Origin: Macrostomum lignano
Taxonomy: Eukaryota
DNA: 31,944 nt
Reading direction: 5' to 3'
NCBI GenBank assembly: GCA_002269645.1
Contig: NIVC01001926.1
Location: forward strand, 1-31,944
Made by a program: the position numbers and the translations under genes. Below, in pieces: positions 31,089 to 31,944 of the stretch. Numbering within the stretch: the stretch's first letter is position 1; every line of letters starts with the position of its first letter. Below the pieces are notes generated by a model. It had not been told where the DNA came from, ran no database searches, and worked only from the letters and a program-made list of their open reading frames with translations.

Positions 31089-31944
31089 GCTGCCACCAGT
31101 TCCTTCAGGTCTCGGCCTTCGGTGAGGTGAGCTTCCCGTCGGAACGAAATAACGAAGTCAACGAACACAGCACCTAGTGCAGATTTGCAGATTAATGAAC
31201 AAGGCGTCCTGATCAGCAGATCCCCGCCGGGCTCAGGGGTGACTGGGAAGGCAGTGTTAGCCTCCCTTAGGCTTGGGCTTTAGTGGGTCTCAGTCAGACC
31301 AGTACAAACGGATTCAGTACGCAAAGGGCACTTAGTTAGACACTGACGCACACGGGATCTTAGTGAATTCTCCGCAGATAAGAAGCCAATTCAATTCCTT
31401 GACGGAAACAAGGGGAGAGGGGTCCTATTTATAGCCGGAAACACCCACGCACAAGACTCGTGACTTGTTCTATTTTTAGAACTGACGTCACTTGAGATCT
31501 CGAGGCAGGGTCTCAGTGCGCGCAAGACCTCGTGACTCGTTCTATTTTTAGAACTGACGTCACTTGAGGTCTCCGGCCAGGGTACACGCGGCTGTGACTC
31601 AGTTGCTATTTTTAGCAACATGAGTCACTCCTCTCTTAGAGAAGGGAGGGGTCCGAAAGCACGTGATTCTCCCGGTAAACAGGGCCAACGAGTGCAGTAA
31701 ACATGTTTACTGCACTTTAGGACTCGAAAGAACGCAGAGTCTGTCATGTGACTTGCTCACATGACAGAGGAAAACGGGACGGGAACGAAACAGAGACAGA
31801 CCACAGCAGAGAAGCTGAGGGCTGAGAACAGAGACGCAGAAGGGCAGAACAGGCCAAGGGGAGCAACAGACGGGCCAAGGGGGGTGGGAAGCTGACCAGC
31901 GGCAGACAGCAACCCAGGGCGAGGGCGAGGGAGACTGCTGACAA
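31089..31944 (-). mobile_element. Putative retrotransposon 5' LTR with primer-binding site; internal region truncated
   Basis: Minus strand reads: U3-like motif cluster with a 72-bp direct repeat, TATAAAT (31433-31427), about 330 nt of R/U5-like sequence, then TGGTGGCAGC (31098-31089), which matches a tRNA-Leu-type 3' end (GCTGCCACCA). No gag/pol, second LTR or canonical polyA signal seen. Confidence 0.5.
31425..31768 (-). promoter_or_regulatory. TATA promoter with clustered MEF2, CRE, AP-1, E-box and forkhead motifs
   Basis: MEF2 YTA(A/T)4TAR at 31425-34, 31470-79, 31542-51, 31606-15. CRE TGACGTCA at 31483-90 and 31555-62. AP-1 at 31595-601 and 31621-27. CACGTG at 31660-65. GTAAACA at 31675-81 and twice within palindrome 31691-716. 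Confidence 0.7.

Overview
Eukaryotic (animal) genomic DNA with spliceosomal introns and many tandem repeats (roughly 7 kb). The gene content and repeat style resemble a free-living flatworm such as Macrostomum; this is an unverified inference. Three spliced genes can be reconstructed by hand with matching intron phases. (1) A FoxJ1-like forkhead gene on + (about 858-4740) with a substituted recognition helix and an unresolved 5' end. (2) An unannotated-looking gene on - (7909-6132) joining a long Glu/Tyr-rich repeat to a divergent CAP/SCP-like domain. (3) A 4-exon, 767-aa DEG/ENaC channel of FaNaC-like type on - (26450-11766), with a 10.6-kb first intron, one thumb disulfide apparently lost and two large extracellular insertions. 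Non-coding content includes a hAT-type MITE with an 8-bp TSD, a TA-flanked inverted-repeat element, two tRNA-derived SINEs and about 15 mini/microsatellites. At the right end is an LTR-like promoter with a very dense, palindromic cluster of MEF2, CRE, AP-1, E-box and forkhead motifs, oriented toward the channel gene. No CRISPR array, rRNA or intact tRNA is supported. All family calls come from manual motif recognition; no database search was run.
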